From: a virus
Lineage: Duplodnaviria; Caudoviricetes
IMG/VR virus record: IMGVR_UViG_3300017909_003066
Span: 45,043-109,042 of that record
DNA: 64,000 nucleotides
Reading direction: 5' to 3' (one strand)
Positions 27,938-38,440 of the stretch are shown here, in pieces. Position numbers and translations under genes: made by a program. How positions within the stretch are numbered: position 1 is the stretch's first letter; every line of letters begins with the position of its first letter. The notes beneath the pieces are model-generated. The model was not told the DNA's origin and searched no databases. It saw nothing but the letters and a program-made list of their open reading frames with translations.

Positions 27938-28319
27938 CGTATACCTTTTCTAAAAATGTATCTATATTAGGCAAATGATTTGCACTAATTAGACTGTATA
28001 TTTCTTTCTGATTCACATCTGTAGTTGAGTAATAGACGTTGCTTAGACTTAAAATATAACTCTTATATTGTACACTAATATCACTAGTATTGTCAAGATT
28101 AATATAGGTAGGAATTTTGCCATCTAAGCGATTAAGTAACCAAGAAGGATTCGCTTCATTAGTATATGCAAAGATATTAATTTCTCTTTTATCTTTTTGT
28201 TTACCAAGATATACACTGAGCAATTCTTTTTCTTTGTCGGTGGTGTTAATAAGATTGATAGAAAAATTATGATTGTGTAGTGTATCGGGTGGTGTTACTA
28301 AATTAATCTTTAATGGCAC
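27927..28319 (-). CDS. Hypothetical protein
   Basis: 130 aa ORF in operon. Confidence 0.65.
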   Translation of the reverse strand: MPLKINLVTPPDTLHNHNFSINLINTTDKEKELLSVYLGKQKDKREINIFAYTNEANPSWLLNRLDGKIPTYINLDNTSDISVQYKSYILSLSNVYYSTTDVNQKEIYSLISANHLPNIDTFLEKVYDEQ

Positions 28320-28321
28320 AT

Positions 28322-30436
28322 TTACCTCTTATCCAAAAGTTTTGTTATTTTATCTGCTTCAGATTCAGTCAAGTCGTTAACATTAATTAGTCCTTTCTTC
28401 AACCTCCTAATTAAAGATATGATCTGTCTTTGACTTGCATCTCTATATTGTTCTTCTGTAATTTCTAACTCTTTAATTTTATTTGGATCAAAGTTTTGCC
28501 TTGCTTCATTAATTTTATTGAATACCGTTTCGTTTTTTTGTTCTTCGTTTTGAACAAAACCTTTTGGTTCAACCACTTCTGTAAACTGTGTCTTGCCTGT
28601 TGTTTCGGGATTTTTCTCTGCTTCTTCGTTTGCTTTGTCTACCCAATTATTCCATGCTTCTAAATCATCTATTTGTTCAAGTTGTTCGCTAACTCTTTCT
28701 TGCGAACTTTTAGATGCTTGATCAGGCCATTCGCCCTCTTGCTTCATTTCCTCTATAGTAGTGTTTACTTTATCCCAAGGAAGTTCATCTATTTGTCCTT
28801 CATCTTTTAATCTCTTCTGTTGATTAATTGTTTCACCAGGATGATCTTTTTTCCAAATTCTTTTGATGTAATCTTCTTCTGTTTCCCCTTCTAATCTTTC
28901 TTCTAAGTCAAATTCTAATTGATTAGGATCTACACTTTTCTGTAGATTAGTTTCTTGGTTTACAACACTTTTCTGCGGTTCAGGATCTATATCTTTCCAA
29001 ATTAAATATTGATTATCATTTTTTTTTGAAAGAAACGATTCTTCTTCTTCTAATTCACGTTGTTTTTGTTCTTCTTCAAAACCTTCCATTAACATTTCGT
29101 GAGTTGTTTTTTCTTTTTCTTCTTCAAAGTCTGGTGGAATGTTTTGACTAATCTTGTTGGCACGATCTATTTCATAGTTCATTCTATGTGCTTCGTTCCA
29201 TTCTTCTTCTGTGTATGGAGGAGTATTATCCGGCTCTGGGTCCGGATCTGACTTTGGGGGCAAACCACCTCCCTTAGAATCTCTGTTCCAACTAAATGTA
29301 TATTGAGATGCAATTAATAATAAAACTGCAAGAGGGTCAAACACAAATATTATAATAATTATAACCCAACGTACTGCCGCCTCTAGTAAATTTTGATCTG
29401 CTTGTTCACCATATATAAATTCTGCAATATATTTGATAGGTCCTACTTCTGCTTCTAGTTTACGATACTCTCCTTCTAAACTGTATTTTTGTTCTATGAG
29501 TGTATCAATCTTTGTATTTGCATTTTTAATCTTAACATATTGTTCATCAACCTGTTCATCAACATCAGCAAGTTTATCTTCATTGCCTAACTGTTTACGC
29601 AATCTATCTATTAGAGCATTTGATTGTTTAATTTGATCTTCAGCAGTTTTACGCAGACGTTTAATTTCCTCAGATGCCGCTTTTGCTTGAGGGTTATTTG
29701 TAGCCTGTTCTATTTTTGCAATTAATTCTATACGTTCTTTTTGCTTCTTTTCTTGCCAATCACCAATTTTATCTGCTGTCTTTTTACCAAATATACCATC
29801 TGCACTTGCACCGATCATTTGTTGTGCTTTAGCAGTTTCGCCATTGTCAATATATGTTTGTAATGTTTCTATTTCTTTGTCAATTTTTACTAATTCGTTT
29901 TTCCATAAAACAGATTGACTATCTATAATTTTTTGTTGTTCATCAATTGCAGGTTGAATACGTTTGTAGGCATTATCAATACGTTCTTGTTCTTTGTCAA
30001 TTTGTGCTTGTATATTAGCATCATTGCCTGTACCTGTTGTTTCTAACTTTTTGATTTGATTTTCTGCACGAACAATTATTTCTTCATTACGTTTAATTTC
30101 AGATTCAATACGTTCTACTTGTGCTATACTTTCTTCGCCAGCACTTGTTTGCTCAATGTGTGCTTTAGATAGATAACCAAAGATACCCATCGAAGTAATA
30201 AACATTAACACTACAACTGCAACAGATAGATAGGTTTTTAACCACCATGTTGCTTGTTTCCAATGCCTATGTAACCAAACTGCGGTTACAAGTTTACCTA
30301 CTTCTAAAGATACACCCATTATTATAATGGGAATCACTGCGGCCGCAAATATGGCCGCTAGTCCGGCAACACTGTAATATATCGCTACCGCTGATATTGT
30401 TAGTGCTGATAAAAATGTTAGTATGCCTAATATCAT
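28322..30436 (-). CDS. Membrane-anchored coiled-coil phage protein
   Basis: N-terminal TMs (YYSVAGL, LEVGKLV, TSMGIFGYLSKAH), EVGPIKYIA, FVFDPLAV, acidic tail. Confidence 0.75.
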   Translation of the reverse strand: MILGILTFLSALTISAVAIYYSVAGLAAIFAAAVIPIIIMGVSLEVGKLVTAVWLHRHWKQATWWLKTYLSVAVVVLMFITSMGIFGYLSKAHIEQTSAGEESIAQVERIESEIKRNEEIIVRAENQIKKLETTGTGNDANIQAQIDKEQERIDNAYKRIQPAIDEQQKIIDSQSVLWKNELVKIDKEIETLQTYIDNGETAKAQQMIGASADGIFGKKTADKIGDWQEKKQKERIELIAKIEQATNNPQAKAASEEIKRLRKTAEDQIKQSNALIDRLRKQLGNEDKLADVDEQVDEQYVKIKNANTKIDTLIEQKYSLEGEYRKLEAEVGPIKYIAEFIYGEQADQNLLEAAVRWVIIIIIFVFDPLAVLLLIASQYTFSWNRDSKGGGLPPKSDPDPEPDNTPPYTEEEWNEAHRMNYEIDRANKISQNIPPDFEEEKEKTTHEMLMEGFEEEQKQRELEEEESFLSKKNDNQYLIWKDIDPEPQKSVVNQETNLQKSVDPNQLEFDLEERLEGETEEDYIKRIWKKDHPGETINQQKRLKDEGQIDELPWDKVNTTIEEMKQEGEWPDQASKSSQERVSEQLEQIDDLEAWNNWVDKANEEAEKNPETTGKTQFTEVVEPKGFVQNEEQKNETVFNKINEARQNFDPNKIKELEITEEQYRDASQRQIISLIRRLKKGLINVNDLTESEADKITKLLDKR

Positions 30437-30483
30437 AAGTGTATTTACTCTATATTCTTAGGTTGATAAAAGCAATGGTTTTC

Positions 30484-30930
30484 TCAACCATTAGTTGGTC
30501 TAAATGTCCAGTCTGTACCACCATTATTAGTACAGGCAAATTCATTTAACGATCGTGTTTTATGTCCATAATTTACATAACTGTTAACAAGTCTGCAATA
30601 TGATCCACCATATTGATTTGTCATTAATATAACAATACTGCCATCAGTTCCACTTTCGTTATCAACCCATTGCATTTTTTCACCATCTGCTAAATTGTTA
30701 ATTGCGAAATAAACTGATTGTGAATGTTTACTCGCGGCCTTGTGTGGTAGACGCCAATAAGTGTTTTCAATTGCTTTAGCAAGATTACCACTTACTGTTT
30801 TGCTACCCCATGTTGCTTTTTGATTGACTGACATATTTGCACTAATAGGTTCACCATAGTGACTAGCACAGGCTCCTAATACCAACATACTACTGACCAA
30901 GATAATTCGGAACATAGGTCCAACTCCCAT
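30484..30930 (-). CDS. Lipoprotein, RT0821/17-kDa surface-antigen-like
   Basis: Lipobox LGAC; W...ESG..G, YCR, AC....G.W. Confidence 0.7.
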   Translation of the reverse strand: MGVGPMFRIILVSSMLVLGACASHYGEPISANMSVNQKATWGSKTVSGNLAKAIENTYWRLPHKAASKHSQSVYFAINNLADGEKMQWVDNESGTDGSIVILMTNQYGGSYCRLVNSYVNYGHKTRSLNEFACTNNGGTDWTFRPTNG

Positions 30931-31210
30931 CTTGTAACATACAAGCCATTGTATGTGAAGTGTGTCTTTGCCCTTTTAGTGTGTAACTTTGTCTTGCCCA
31001 TCCACAACGACTTCCGTCTTTGCCTGTAACAAATTCTACACCAGGTTTATCTGTACATTCTACTAAAACTTCACTTGAAGATGTTGTACCATCTTTAAGT
31101 TTGGTTGTGCTTGTAGTATAACAGTATTGGCCTTTGTCAACAACCAACTGCGAAGTACTAGAGCAACCTACCAAGGCTAGTGCGCCTAATATAAGTGCCA
31201 AGTACTTCAT
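30890..31210 (-). CDS. Lipoprotein
   Basis: Lipobox LVGC, 4 further Cys. Confidence 0.7.
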   Translation of the reverse strand: MKYLALILGALALVGCSSTSQLVVDKGQYCYTTSTTKLKDGTTSSSEVLVECTDKPGVEFVTGKDGSRCGWARQSYTLKGQRHTSHTMACMLQDGSWTYVPNYLGQ

Positions 31211-31701
31211 TAGTTTACTCTTTTTGCTTTAGTTTCAGAAACTAGTGCATCAAAGATCTCTTTAGGCATTCTTAGTTTAACAAAAGTATATTGTTTACCA
31301 TTGTAAACATAAGTTGCTCTTTCTTCTTCAATGTGCTGAGTAATTGGAGTATCTTTTACAGTGTAAGAGATAAACGTATTAGTTACTTTAGAACTATCCT
31401 TAAACTCTAATGTAGTTTTAGAATTCACTCGTCCGTTAATACGTTTCGCAAAATTATTCATTGCGATAGCATACATTTGCTCTTCTGCCGCCTGTTGATA
31501 AATCGATTCACCGGCACCACAAGCATAAGCATACTCTTTTTCCCACCAGAACCAACCTTCAGTTCCTTCTTGAGCACACTTGGCATACCATTTTGGTTGT
31601 GCATAAGTGTCTCTTTCTGCAATAGTTGTCATGGTTGAACATGCACCAAGCATGGAACCAAGTATTCCAATCATTGCAATCTTTTTAATTACGCCTTTCA
31701 T
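31210..31701 (-). CDS. Lipoprotein (LPP20-like)
   Basis: Lipobox LGAC, P.WY, ACGAGES. Confidence 0.7.
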   Translation of the reverse strand: MKGVIKKIAMIGILGSMLGACSTMTTIAERDTYAQPKWYAKCAQEGTEGWFWWEKEYAYACGAGESIYQQAAEEQMYAIAMNNFAKRINGRVNSKTTLEFKDSSKVTNTFISYTVKDTPITQHIEEERATYVYNGKQYTFVKLRMPKEIFDALVSETKAKRVN

Positions 31702-31780
31702 TCTTAGCCTCCTTTTTTAGCCTATATGTATATAATAGCATCGTTACCGGTTTTGTCAAATAAATTGTTTGCCAATTTGA

Positions 31781-32392
31781 CTACCTTTGACGATAAAATA
31801 TGTGTAATCCAATCCGACCAATCAAAATGAATTTTTTGCTCCATTCAGGACTTACATAGGTAGCATGATAATGAGTAGCACCTTCTGACAATCCAATCCA
31901 TTTTTTCTGTTTGAGCATGTAGTATGCAACTTCTTGTGATTTCCTCCAAGCATCATTATTATAGATAATATCAGGTTGTCCATCACAATACCAACTAAAT
32001 TGACATTTGTGTCTAATTGGATAAAATTCTCTTTGTTCTACAGGTAAGTTTGGGTCGTTTTTCGTTTTCCAACTTTCACGGACAGGACCTTGTTGTATTA
32101 CTTCACAAATAGTATTTGGATATCTTGCATCACTTACTCTATTCAATACTACGTCTGCTACTGCGGCCATACCTGCTAAATTATCTGGCCTTGATTCATG
32201 ATAAATGTTTTCTGCTAAACAGTACATTTGTGGAAACTGTTCTTTGCTGAATAACTCTTTATCAAATTTGCTGTCTTTTACATTACTCACAGGCATTAAC
32301 GTTTTAGCATCAATTGATGTAGATGCAATACTAACACTAATACAAGTTAAAACTAAAACACTAGCAAAGTAAATTTTTTTTAGTATTTGCAT
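31781..32392 (-). CDS. Cell wall hydrolase, SleB/Hydrolase_2 family
   Basis: CLAENIYHESR, VVLNRV, YPNTICEVI, CQFSWYCDG, GATHYHA, IG.HIFY. Confidence 0.92.
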   Translation of the reverse strand: MQILKKIYFASVLVLTCISVSIASTSIDAKTLMPVSNVKDSKFDKELFSKEQFPQMYCLAENIYHESRPDNLAGMAAVADVVLNRVSDARYPNTICEVIQQGPVRESWKTKNDPNLPVEQREFYPIRHKCQFSWYCDGQPDIIYNNDAWRKSQEVAYYMLKQKKWIGLSEGATHYHATYVSPEWSKKFILIGRIGLHIFYRQR

Positions 32393-32397
32393 GGGAA

Positions 32398-32634
32398 TTA
32401 CCCATTGCCGCCGCCGTTGCCGACAAGTTTCATTTCCATACCTGCCTGCATAACAACAACTTCATTATTTGGAAATAATGATTGAAATTGTGATTGTACT
32501 TTTATTCTATCACCTGTTGCTAGTGGTAGTTTGTGTTCAATTACAATCACGTCACCTGCCTTAGGTGATATTCTTTTTACATCTCCTAAAATTTGGTAAG
32601 CAAGTTTAGATGTTTTTAGTGCTGGGTCTGCCAT
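32398..32634 (-). CDS. Hypothetical protein
   Basis: 78 aa ORF in operon. Confidence 0.55.
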   Translation of the reverse strand: MADPALKTSKLAYQILGDVKRISPKAGDVIVIEHKLPLATGDRIKVQSQFQSLFPNNEVVVMQAGMEMKLVGNGGGNG

Positions 32635-33092
32635 TAGTTTCTCCTCATTGTTGCAATTTCAGTTGCTTGTTTAGAACCTGTTTTGTCATCGTCGTCTGCA
32701 AATACAGGAACCATATTCGATTTGTGCATTGTAGCAATACCTATAAGTTTTCTTTTACCTGTATACTGCAATGGTTCTTTCCTAGTACATGGAGCGAAAC
32801 TTTTTTCACTAATCATGCTTGGATAATTTTGTTGTGGCCTTTCAAAAGAATTCCCTGATTGATGCCAAGGTTCTTTCACAACACTTGGTTCGGATTTTGG
32901 TTTATACTGCCCATGGACATAATCAATATATTCATCCAACGTCATAATGTTGCCATGACAACCAAGTTTTTTCATGTGTTTATTATGTTTTCTATGTTCT
33001 TCTGTCCATCTAGCCATCTTCGCTTTAGTTATCTTGCGTTTTTTCTTTTTAGTGTTAAGTGTGGTCATGCCACGAACAAGATGCATAGTCAT
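32634..33092 (-). CDS. Conserved T4-like phage hypothetical protein
   Basis: YTG..LIGIATMHKSNMVPVF...IATMRR motif. Confidence 0.75.
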   Translation of the reverse strand: MTMHLVRGMTTLNTKKKKRKITKAKMARWTEEHRKHNKHMKKLGCHGNIMTLDEYIDYVHGQYKPKSEPSVVKEPWHQSGNSFERPQQNYPSMISEKSFAPCTRKEPLQYTGKRKLIGIATMHKSNMVPVFADDDDKTGSKQATEIATMRRN

Positions 33093-33126
33093 AATATTCT
33101 CCTATTTCTTATTATAGTAACATCAT

Positions 33127-33786
33127 TTATGGAAGTTGTCTAGTGACGATTGTGTCAATAATGATTTTAGCATATTTTGGATTAGTGCTCCAAGCATCTA
33201 GTTTAGTTACTAATGCAGAATAGTTCCAATCATTATTCATATACTGTTTTTCTCGTTCAATCCTAAAATCTTTATAAGCAGGATGTCTATTGATTATGTC
33301 AATCATATCTTGAACACATGAACATTTAGTCAAATATTTCTTTACTCCAAATCTTGCATTTGGAAGATCTAAAGGTTTCAATTGTGGTTCTTCTTTATTC
33401 CAAGTTCTTATACCAAATAGATTGTTGCCATCTACTGCAAATCTACTTGTACCCCAACCTGATTCAATTCCTGCCATTGCAATAATAATTGCACTAGGTA
33501 TCCTTTTGCTAGGGGCAGTTTTGAAGTTAATGTAATCGATACAGTTTTTTACTGCTCCGATAAATGTTTCGTCGTTGTTGTAAACAAACTCTGGTTCATG
33601 CAATCCAAAACTATGTGCAGTTTCAACAATTTGTGATTCTGTTCTTTTTATAATATTGGATTCACTATACGAGTTTGGTTGAAAAGTTCCGTATACGAAT
33701 GCTATAATAATTGTTAGTATTATTGCAAACCATTTATATATCGTTGGAAGTGCCTTTTTAATTCTCTGTTTTACTTTCAATAACAT
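33127..33786 (-). CDS. Glucosaminidase (GH73/Bax-like)
   Basis: AMAGIESGWGTSRFA..GNNLFGI, WSTNP.Y; N-terminal anchor. Confidence 0.85.
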   Translation of the reverse strand: MLLKVKQRIKKALPTIYKWFAIILTIIIAFVYGTFQPNSYSESNIIKRTESQIVETAHSFGLHEPEFVYNNDETFIGAVKNCIDYINFKTAPSKRIPSAIIIAMAGIESGWGTSRFAVDGNNLFGIRTWNKEEPQLKPLDLPNARFGVKKYLTKCSCVQDMIDIINRHPAYKDFRIEREKQYMNNDWNYSALVTKLDAWSTNPKYAKIIIDTIVTRQLP

Positions 33787-33961
33787 TTGCGCCTATCAAG
33801 TTTAATTGTTGAACAAGTTGACGTCTTACTGAATTCCAGTAATTTAATGACCAACCTGTTTTAGATTGATCTATTGCACGATCAACTGACTCTAATTTTT
33901 TCATCCACATATCCATGGCCTCTGCTTTAGATAAACGGACTATCGCTTCTTGGAAAAGCAT
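33758..33961 (-). CDS. Hypothetical protein
   Basis: 67 aa ORF in operon. Confidence 0.55.
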   Translation of the reverse strand: MLFQEAIVRLSKAEAMDMWMKKLESVDRAIDQSKTGWSLNYWNSVRRQLVQQLNLIGANVIESKTEN

Positions 33962-33963
33962 TT

Positions 33964-34281
33964 TTAATCTCCGTTTGTGTGTCCGTTTACGCCTTTAGCA
34001 AGTTCTGTTGCTTCTTTTTGAAATCTTCGTGGCAGACCTGTCCATCTCGCAACTTCTCCGTCAGGATTAATTTTGAAAGAACCAGCCACTGTGTATATTT
34101 CGTTGCCTTCTTTGTCTTCAGCAACAAATTTACGTACTACACCATTAATGATGCCTGAGCCTGTATCTCTGCCTACTTCCCATTTATATTTGCCTGATGG
34201 TCCTTCATAAACATCTTCCATGCCCCACGTATTGCGACATATGGACTTGATATTTTCAAGAACCTCTATACTTTTATTCAT
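33964..34281 (-). CDS. Hypothetical protein (start MNKSIE)
   Basis: AGGAGG RBS and sigma70 promoter upstream. Confidence 0.7.
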   Translation of the reverse strand: MNKSIEVLENIKSICRNTWGMEDVYEGPSGKYKWEVGRDTGSGIINGVVRKFVAEDKEGNEIYTVAGSFKINPDGEVARWTGLPRRFQKEATELAKGVNGHTNGD

Positions 34282-34390
34282 CTGAGCCTCCTTTAGCCAT
34301 AATAGGTTATTACCAGTATTACCTATAGTATATACGGCAGGAGACGTTTTGTCAACGTTAGATTTTACCAATTTTACCGGATTTATATTT

Positions 34391-34816
34391 TTATTGAATT
34401 TCGCCACGTTCTTTTAGAACCTTGGCATTTTGGATATGTTGTTCCTGGATTGACTCTTTGGATTGCCCATGATAAGCAACCGCATAGTTATTTTCAATCA
34501 AATATTGATTTATGTTTACGTCATCCATTGTTAATAGTGTGCCTAATATACGTCCAAATTTGCCTCGTTCATCTCCTATCATAGTTTGTAATTTTATAGT
34601 TTTTCCTACTGGTGCCATTTCTTTTAGTTTTGCCTTTGATAATAAGCCTCTTTTCTTTTCTTCTTTATCACGTGTTCGTGATTCTGGAGTATCGATACCA
34701 TACAAACGAACTCTTTGTTTTTTCATCCAAACACTAAAACCTAAATCTAAATCTACGTCTATAGTATCGCCGTCTACAATTCTTGTTACTTTTGCTTGAT
34801 ATACGAATGTTTCCAT
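34391..34816 (-). CDS. Thermonuclease (SNase-like)
   Basis: RIVDGDTIDV, RVRLYGIDTPESR, GKFGRILG. Confidence 0.9.
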   Translation of the reverse strand: METFVYQAKVTRIVDGDTIDVDLDLGFSVWMKKQRVRLYGIDTPESRTRDKEEKKRGLLSKAKLKEMAPVGKTIKLQTMIGDERGKFGRILGTLLTMDDVNINQYLIENNYAVAYHGQSKESIQEQHIQNAKVLKERGEIQ

Positions 34817-34830
34817 AGTAATATTTATGC

Positions 34831-37800
34831 CTAAGCACCTCCTCCTGATGCTATCTGTCTCCATGCTCCTAAATAAACTACCATCTGTTTAGTTCCAGCA
34901 GTAAGACCTCCAGGATTCCATTCTCCAGTTTCTCCTGAGGCAATACATACCATACCGTTTGTTGGATTAGATGGTTCTGTGGAAAGTATTGCAAGATTCA
35001 TTAGTTGTCCAATGTTTGCAACTGGTGTTGTTATGTTGCCGGTACTACCTTCTATTACTAATGAACTATCGTCTGCAAATACACTTCCAGTCAAGTCACC
35101 ATCTACCTGACCAACTAGTGTTCCGTTTAATTTTCCAGCGGCACCATCTACTAAAATACTTGAATCATCTGCAAACACACTACCTTTGAAGTTACCCACC
35201 ATAGAGTCACCTGCTTTGTAGTAACCAGAATCATTAGCAAAGTTACTAATATTGCCTCCTGTTTGAACAAAGTTAGCACCACTGATTTGTACTTTAGGCA
35301 TTGTTGCATCAGTATTAGCAACGGTAGTAATACCATTTGTTCCTTCAAACTGGAATGTACCCTGATTTGCCATGTTAAAGCCAGTAGAGTCATCACCAAC
35401 AATGTTAAAGTTAATTGCTTGTTCGTTTGTTAGGTAACCTGCATCATTAGTCAATCTACTTACATTACTTCCGTCTACCAAGTAATCAACAAGTGTTCCG
35501 CTTTGAGCAATACCTTTTGTGTCAAACGTAATTCTATTGTATGTGCCTGGTGCTATAGGACTATCTGCTAGATTAACATTAATAGATGTTGTTCCAGATC
35601 CTGTAACATCACCAAACAGTGTGATAGTTTGGTTACCTGAAATAAATCCAGGACCATTTGTAAAATCATTTAAGTTATCGCTTACATTAATTACAAATCT
35701 ACCATTTGCATCTGTTGAAGATGTAACTGCACCTGTACCATCGATTTGTAAAATATTATCTTTAGTGATTGTTTTTACAGTGCTATCATTACCTGCAACT
35801 AAAATTCTATCTAAGTAACCAGCATCGTTAGTAAGTTGACTTACATTATCTCCAACTTCTAAACCTGACGTTATATAACCAGGATTTACAAAGTTTACAG
35901 TAATATTTCCTTCAGCATCACTTGAAGTTGTTAAGTTTGTTCCTCCAAGTATTTTTATGTTTTCACTTTGTTTAACAACACGCATTGTTGAATCATCTGC
36001 TCCAATACTAAACAGATTGTTTTCAATAGTTGTAAATCTATTTGTAATTGTTGTTGCAAAATTTCCGTCGTTGTTAAGTGCCGCGGATAATTCATTTAGT
36101 GTGTTTAATTGTTCTGGTGCACTGTTAACAACATTGGCTACTGCTGAGTCAACATAACTTGTTGTAGAATAATTTTGTGTAGAATGATCTCCCCAACTGT
36201 ATGCTGTGTTCCAATTTGTTGCTTCAGTGCCTGAAATGTTTGCACTAGGAATAATACCCCCTACAGCATCAACAAGTAATGTGCTGTCATCAGCAAATAC
36301 TGAACCAGTTAGGTCACCATCAATACCTTGATATGCAGTTAACACACCTTTAACATCTAGTCCTTGTTCGATTCTTGTTGTCGGACTTGAACCGTCAACT
36401 TTACCTATAACAACAGCACTTGATTGACCTTGTCCGATAGTAATAGTGGCATTGTTTGTTTGAATATCAACATTTGCTCCAAGTCTACCGCCATAAATTT
36501 CTATGTCATCATAAGTCACTTTAACTTTGTTCAATCCTGATGCATCAATCATCTGTACAAAATTATTTCCGCCTGAACCAGTTTGCAAAGATTGTATATC
36601 AATTCTTCCGTTGTTTTTAAAAGTTGTAACAGGTGCACTACCAACAAACGAATCTGCTGTTATTGTAGTAGAAGTTGTATTTGTATTGTTTACATCAGCA
36701 GTAATAGTTCCACTTACTACACTTGCAGGAATCGTTCCACTAACACCGTCTACAAGTAGTGTGCTATCATCTGCAAACACTGATCCTTTTAGATCTGTGT
36801 TAATTAAATTTTCTAAACTTATGGATAAAGCAAATGCCGCCGCATCAACTTTAATTTGCCCTGTTGTTCCTAATACTTGTAAAGTTTCACTAGTTAATGC
36901 TACACTGCCTGTCCCTGTGTTACCTGCTGTGTTTAGAGTTTGTCCGTAGTTAGACAAGTTTGGACCTGTTATTGTGATGTTACCTTCTGCATCACTTGAA
37001 GTAGTAATACCTGTTGCACCAATAAAATTAATTTGTTCACCTAATCCTACATTTCTTGCAGTTGAATCATCTGCACCAACTTTAAAATTAAAACTATCAG
37101 GTATGTCGTTTATTGTTATATATTGTGCGTCATTTGTAAATTCACTTACTCTTAAATCGTTGTTTAAATCTGAAAGTTTTGCCGGGCCTGTAATTGTTAC
37201 GATTCCGTCTGTCAAACTAGTAGTAATATTAGTACCACCTTTAATTTGTAAAGTTTCACTAGAGTTGATTACTTCAAGTGTAGAATCGTCGGCGGTAACA
37301 TTAAAATTGTAGGTACTTGATAAGTCTGGAATGTTTGCTAGGTCGTTAAAGTCACCTGATGTCGCAACAGTGGCGAATGTAGTTTGTGTTGCACCTGTAA
37401 CTAAACCTTTTGCATTTACAGTTACATTATTGAAAGTTCCAACATTAGAATTTACTGTGTCAAGTGTAAGTGTAAGAGTACTTGCACCACCGGCCAATAC
37501 TCCGCCAGTACTACCTGACATATCACCGTCAATGGTTAAATTTGGTCTGTTAGATAAATCATTGTATGATCCTGACGTAGATACTGCGGCAAATCCTGCG
37601 GCAGTAATTGTTCTTGTAACAAATCTTCCTGTGCCACTATCATATTGCAATAGGTGATTGTTTGCAACTCCTGTGGTTGTAACATCTACTAAATCATCTA
37701 TTGATTCATTTTGTATGTTTGCCAAAAAAGCAGAAGTTGAATTATCATAGTTACTTAGGTCTCTATCAACACTAATTGTAATATCACCTTCAGCATTACT

Positions 37801-38100
37801 GGCAGTTGTTACTACACTAGTACCACCAAGTATACCAAAGTTTTCACCACCTTGAATAGTTCTTACAGTTGAATCGTCTGCACGTATTTCTACTTTACCT
37901 AATGCACTAGCAACTACTTCATCAGCGCCTTGAGTACTAATAGTAATGGAATCACTTATTTCATCTACACCTAAGTTAATACCTGCTCCTGCAAGGACTG
38001 TAAGTGTGTCGTTATCTGCATCTGCGACTACTTGTCCTATGTTAGAAGCACCTTTTTGTGCTACTATTCTACGAAATGAATCAATTACTTTTACTGACAT
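34831..38100 (-). CDS. Long tail-fibre-like structural protein with ADDST repeats
   Basis: G/T/S/D-rich; ~10 ADDST-type repeats; AP..LNTL.EL..AL.ND..FATT fibre motif; TAAATA upstream. Confidence 0.75.
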   Translation of the reverse strand: MSVKVIDSFRRIVAQKGASNIGQVVADADNDTLTVLAGAGINLGVDEISDSITISTQGADEVVASALGKVEIRADDSTVRTIQGGENFGILGGTSVVTTASNAEGDITISVDRDLSNYDNSTSAFLANIQNESIDDLVDVTTTGVANNHLLQYDSGTGRFVTRTITAAGFAAVSTSGSYNDLSNRPNLTIDGDMSGSTGGVLAGGASTLTLTLDTVNSNVGTFNNVTVNAKGLVTGATQTTFATVATSGDFNDLANIPDLSSTYNFNVTADDSTLEVINSSETLQIKGGTNITTSLTDGIVTITGPAKLSDLNNDLRVSEFTNDAQYITINDIPDSFNFKVGADDSTARNVGLGEQINFIGATGITTSSDAEGNITITGPNLSNYGQTLNTAGNTGTGSVALTSETLQVLGTTGQIKVDAAAFALSISLENLINTDLKGSVFADDSTLLVDGVSGTIPASVVSGTITADVNNTNTTSTTITADSFVGSAPVTTFKNNGRIDIQSLQTGSGGNNFVQMIDASGLNKVKVTYDDIEIYGGRLGANVDIQTNNATITIGQGQSSAVVIGKVDGSSPTTRIEQGLDVKGVLTAYQGIDGDLTGSVFADDSTLLVDAVGGIIPSANISGTEATNWNTAYSWGDHSTQNYSTTSYVDSAVANVVNSAPEQLNTLNELSAALNNDGNFATTITNRFTTIENNLFSIGADDSTMRVVKQSENIKILGGTNLTTSSDAEGNITVNFVNPGYITSGLEVGDNVSQLTNDAGYLDRILVAGNDSTVKTITKDNILQIDGTGAVTSSTDANGRFVINVSDNLNDFTNGPGFISGNQTITLFGDVTGSGTTSINVNLADSPIAPGTYNRITFDTKGIAQSGTLVDYLVDGSNVSRLTNDAGYLTNEQAINFNIVGDDSTGFNMANQGTFQFEGTNGITTVANTDATMPKVQISGANFVQTGGNISNFANDSGYYKAGDSMVGNFKGSVFADDSSILVDGAAGKLNGTLVGQVDGDLTGSVFADDSSLVIEGSTGNITTPVANIGQLMNLAILSTEPSNPTNGMVCIASGETGEWNPGGLTAGTKQMVVYLGAWRQIASGGGA

Positions 38101-38137
38101 TTAATGGATCTCCTACGTGTATTTACCGTAGATAAAA

Positions 38138-38168
38138 GATTAGGGGCACCGTTATTGTACCCCTAATC
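38138..38168 (-). terminator. Hairpin terminator downstream of tmRNA
   Basis: GATTAGGGGT...GCCCCTAATC followed by TTTT. Confidence 0.6.
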
Positions 38169-38270
38169 GACTCCTTTTGTATTGTATATTCCTTTATCCT
38201 GACTATGTCAGTAGAAGAAGGTCTCCTTGTGTATAATTGGTTCTTTTTGTTATTATTATTACTTGTTATA

Positions 38271-38439
38271 AAAAGTGCAACTTTTCTGTTGCCAGGTAAG
38301 TTGCCAACCCCGTTAGCCTAAACTAGGCCGCAAGTGCTAGATTTTCATCTGCATTTGTAGTTTTCTTCGCGGTAACGGCGCTTAGATCCCGGTAACTCCA
38401 CTCTCCTACTAATCTATCAGTCGATCCTGCTTCAGGCCC
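38271..38439 (-). ncRNA. ssrA: tmRNA coding piece (two-piece, alphaproteobacterial type); tag (A)ADENLALAA
   Basis: 5' GGGCCTG acceptor strand, GGATCGAC, tag ORF 38323-38352, ACCTGGCAACAGAA motif; 3' end approximate. Confidence 0.88.
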
Positions 38440-38440
38440 A

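Noticed and set aside
35519-37657. Several plus-strand ORFs within the fibre gene (and similar antisense ORFs elsewhere)
   Set aside because: Antisense shadows of biased-codon genes, with no RBS or recognisable motifs
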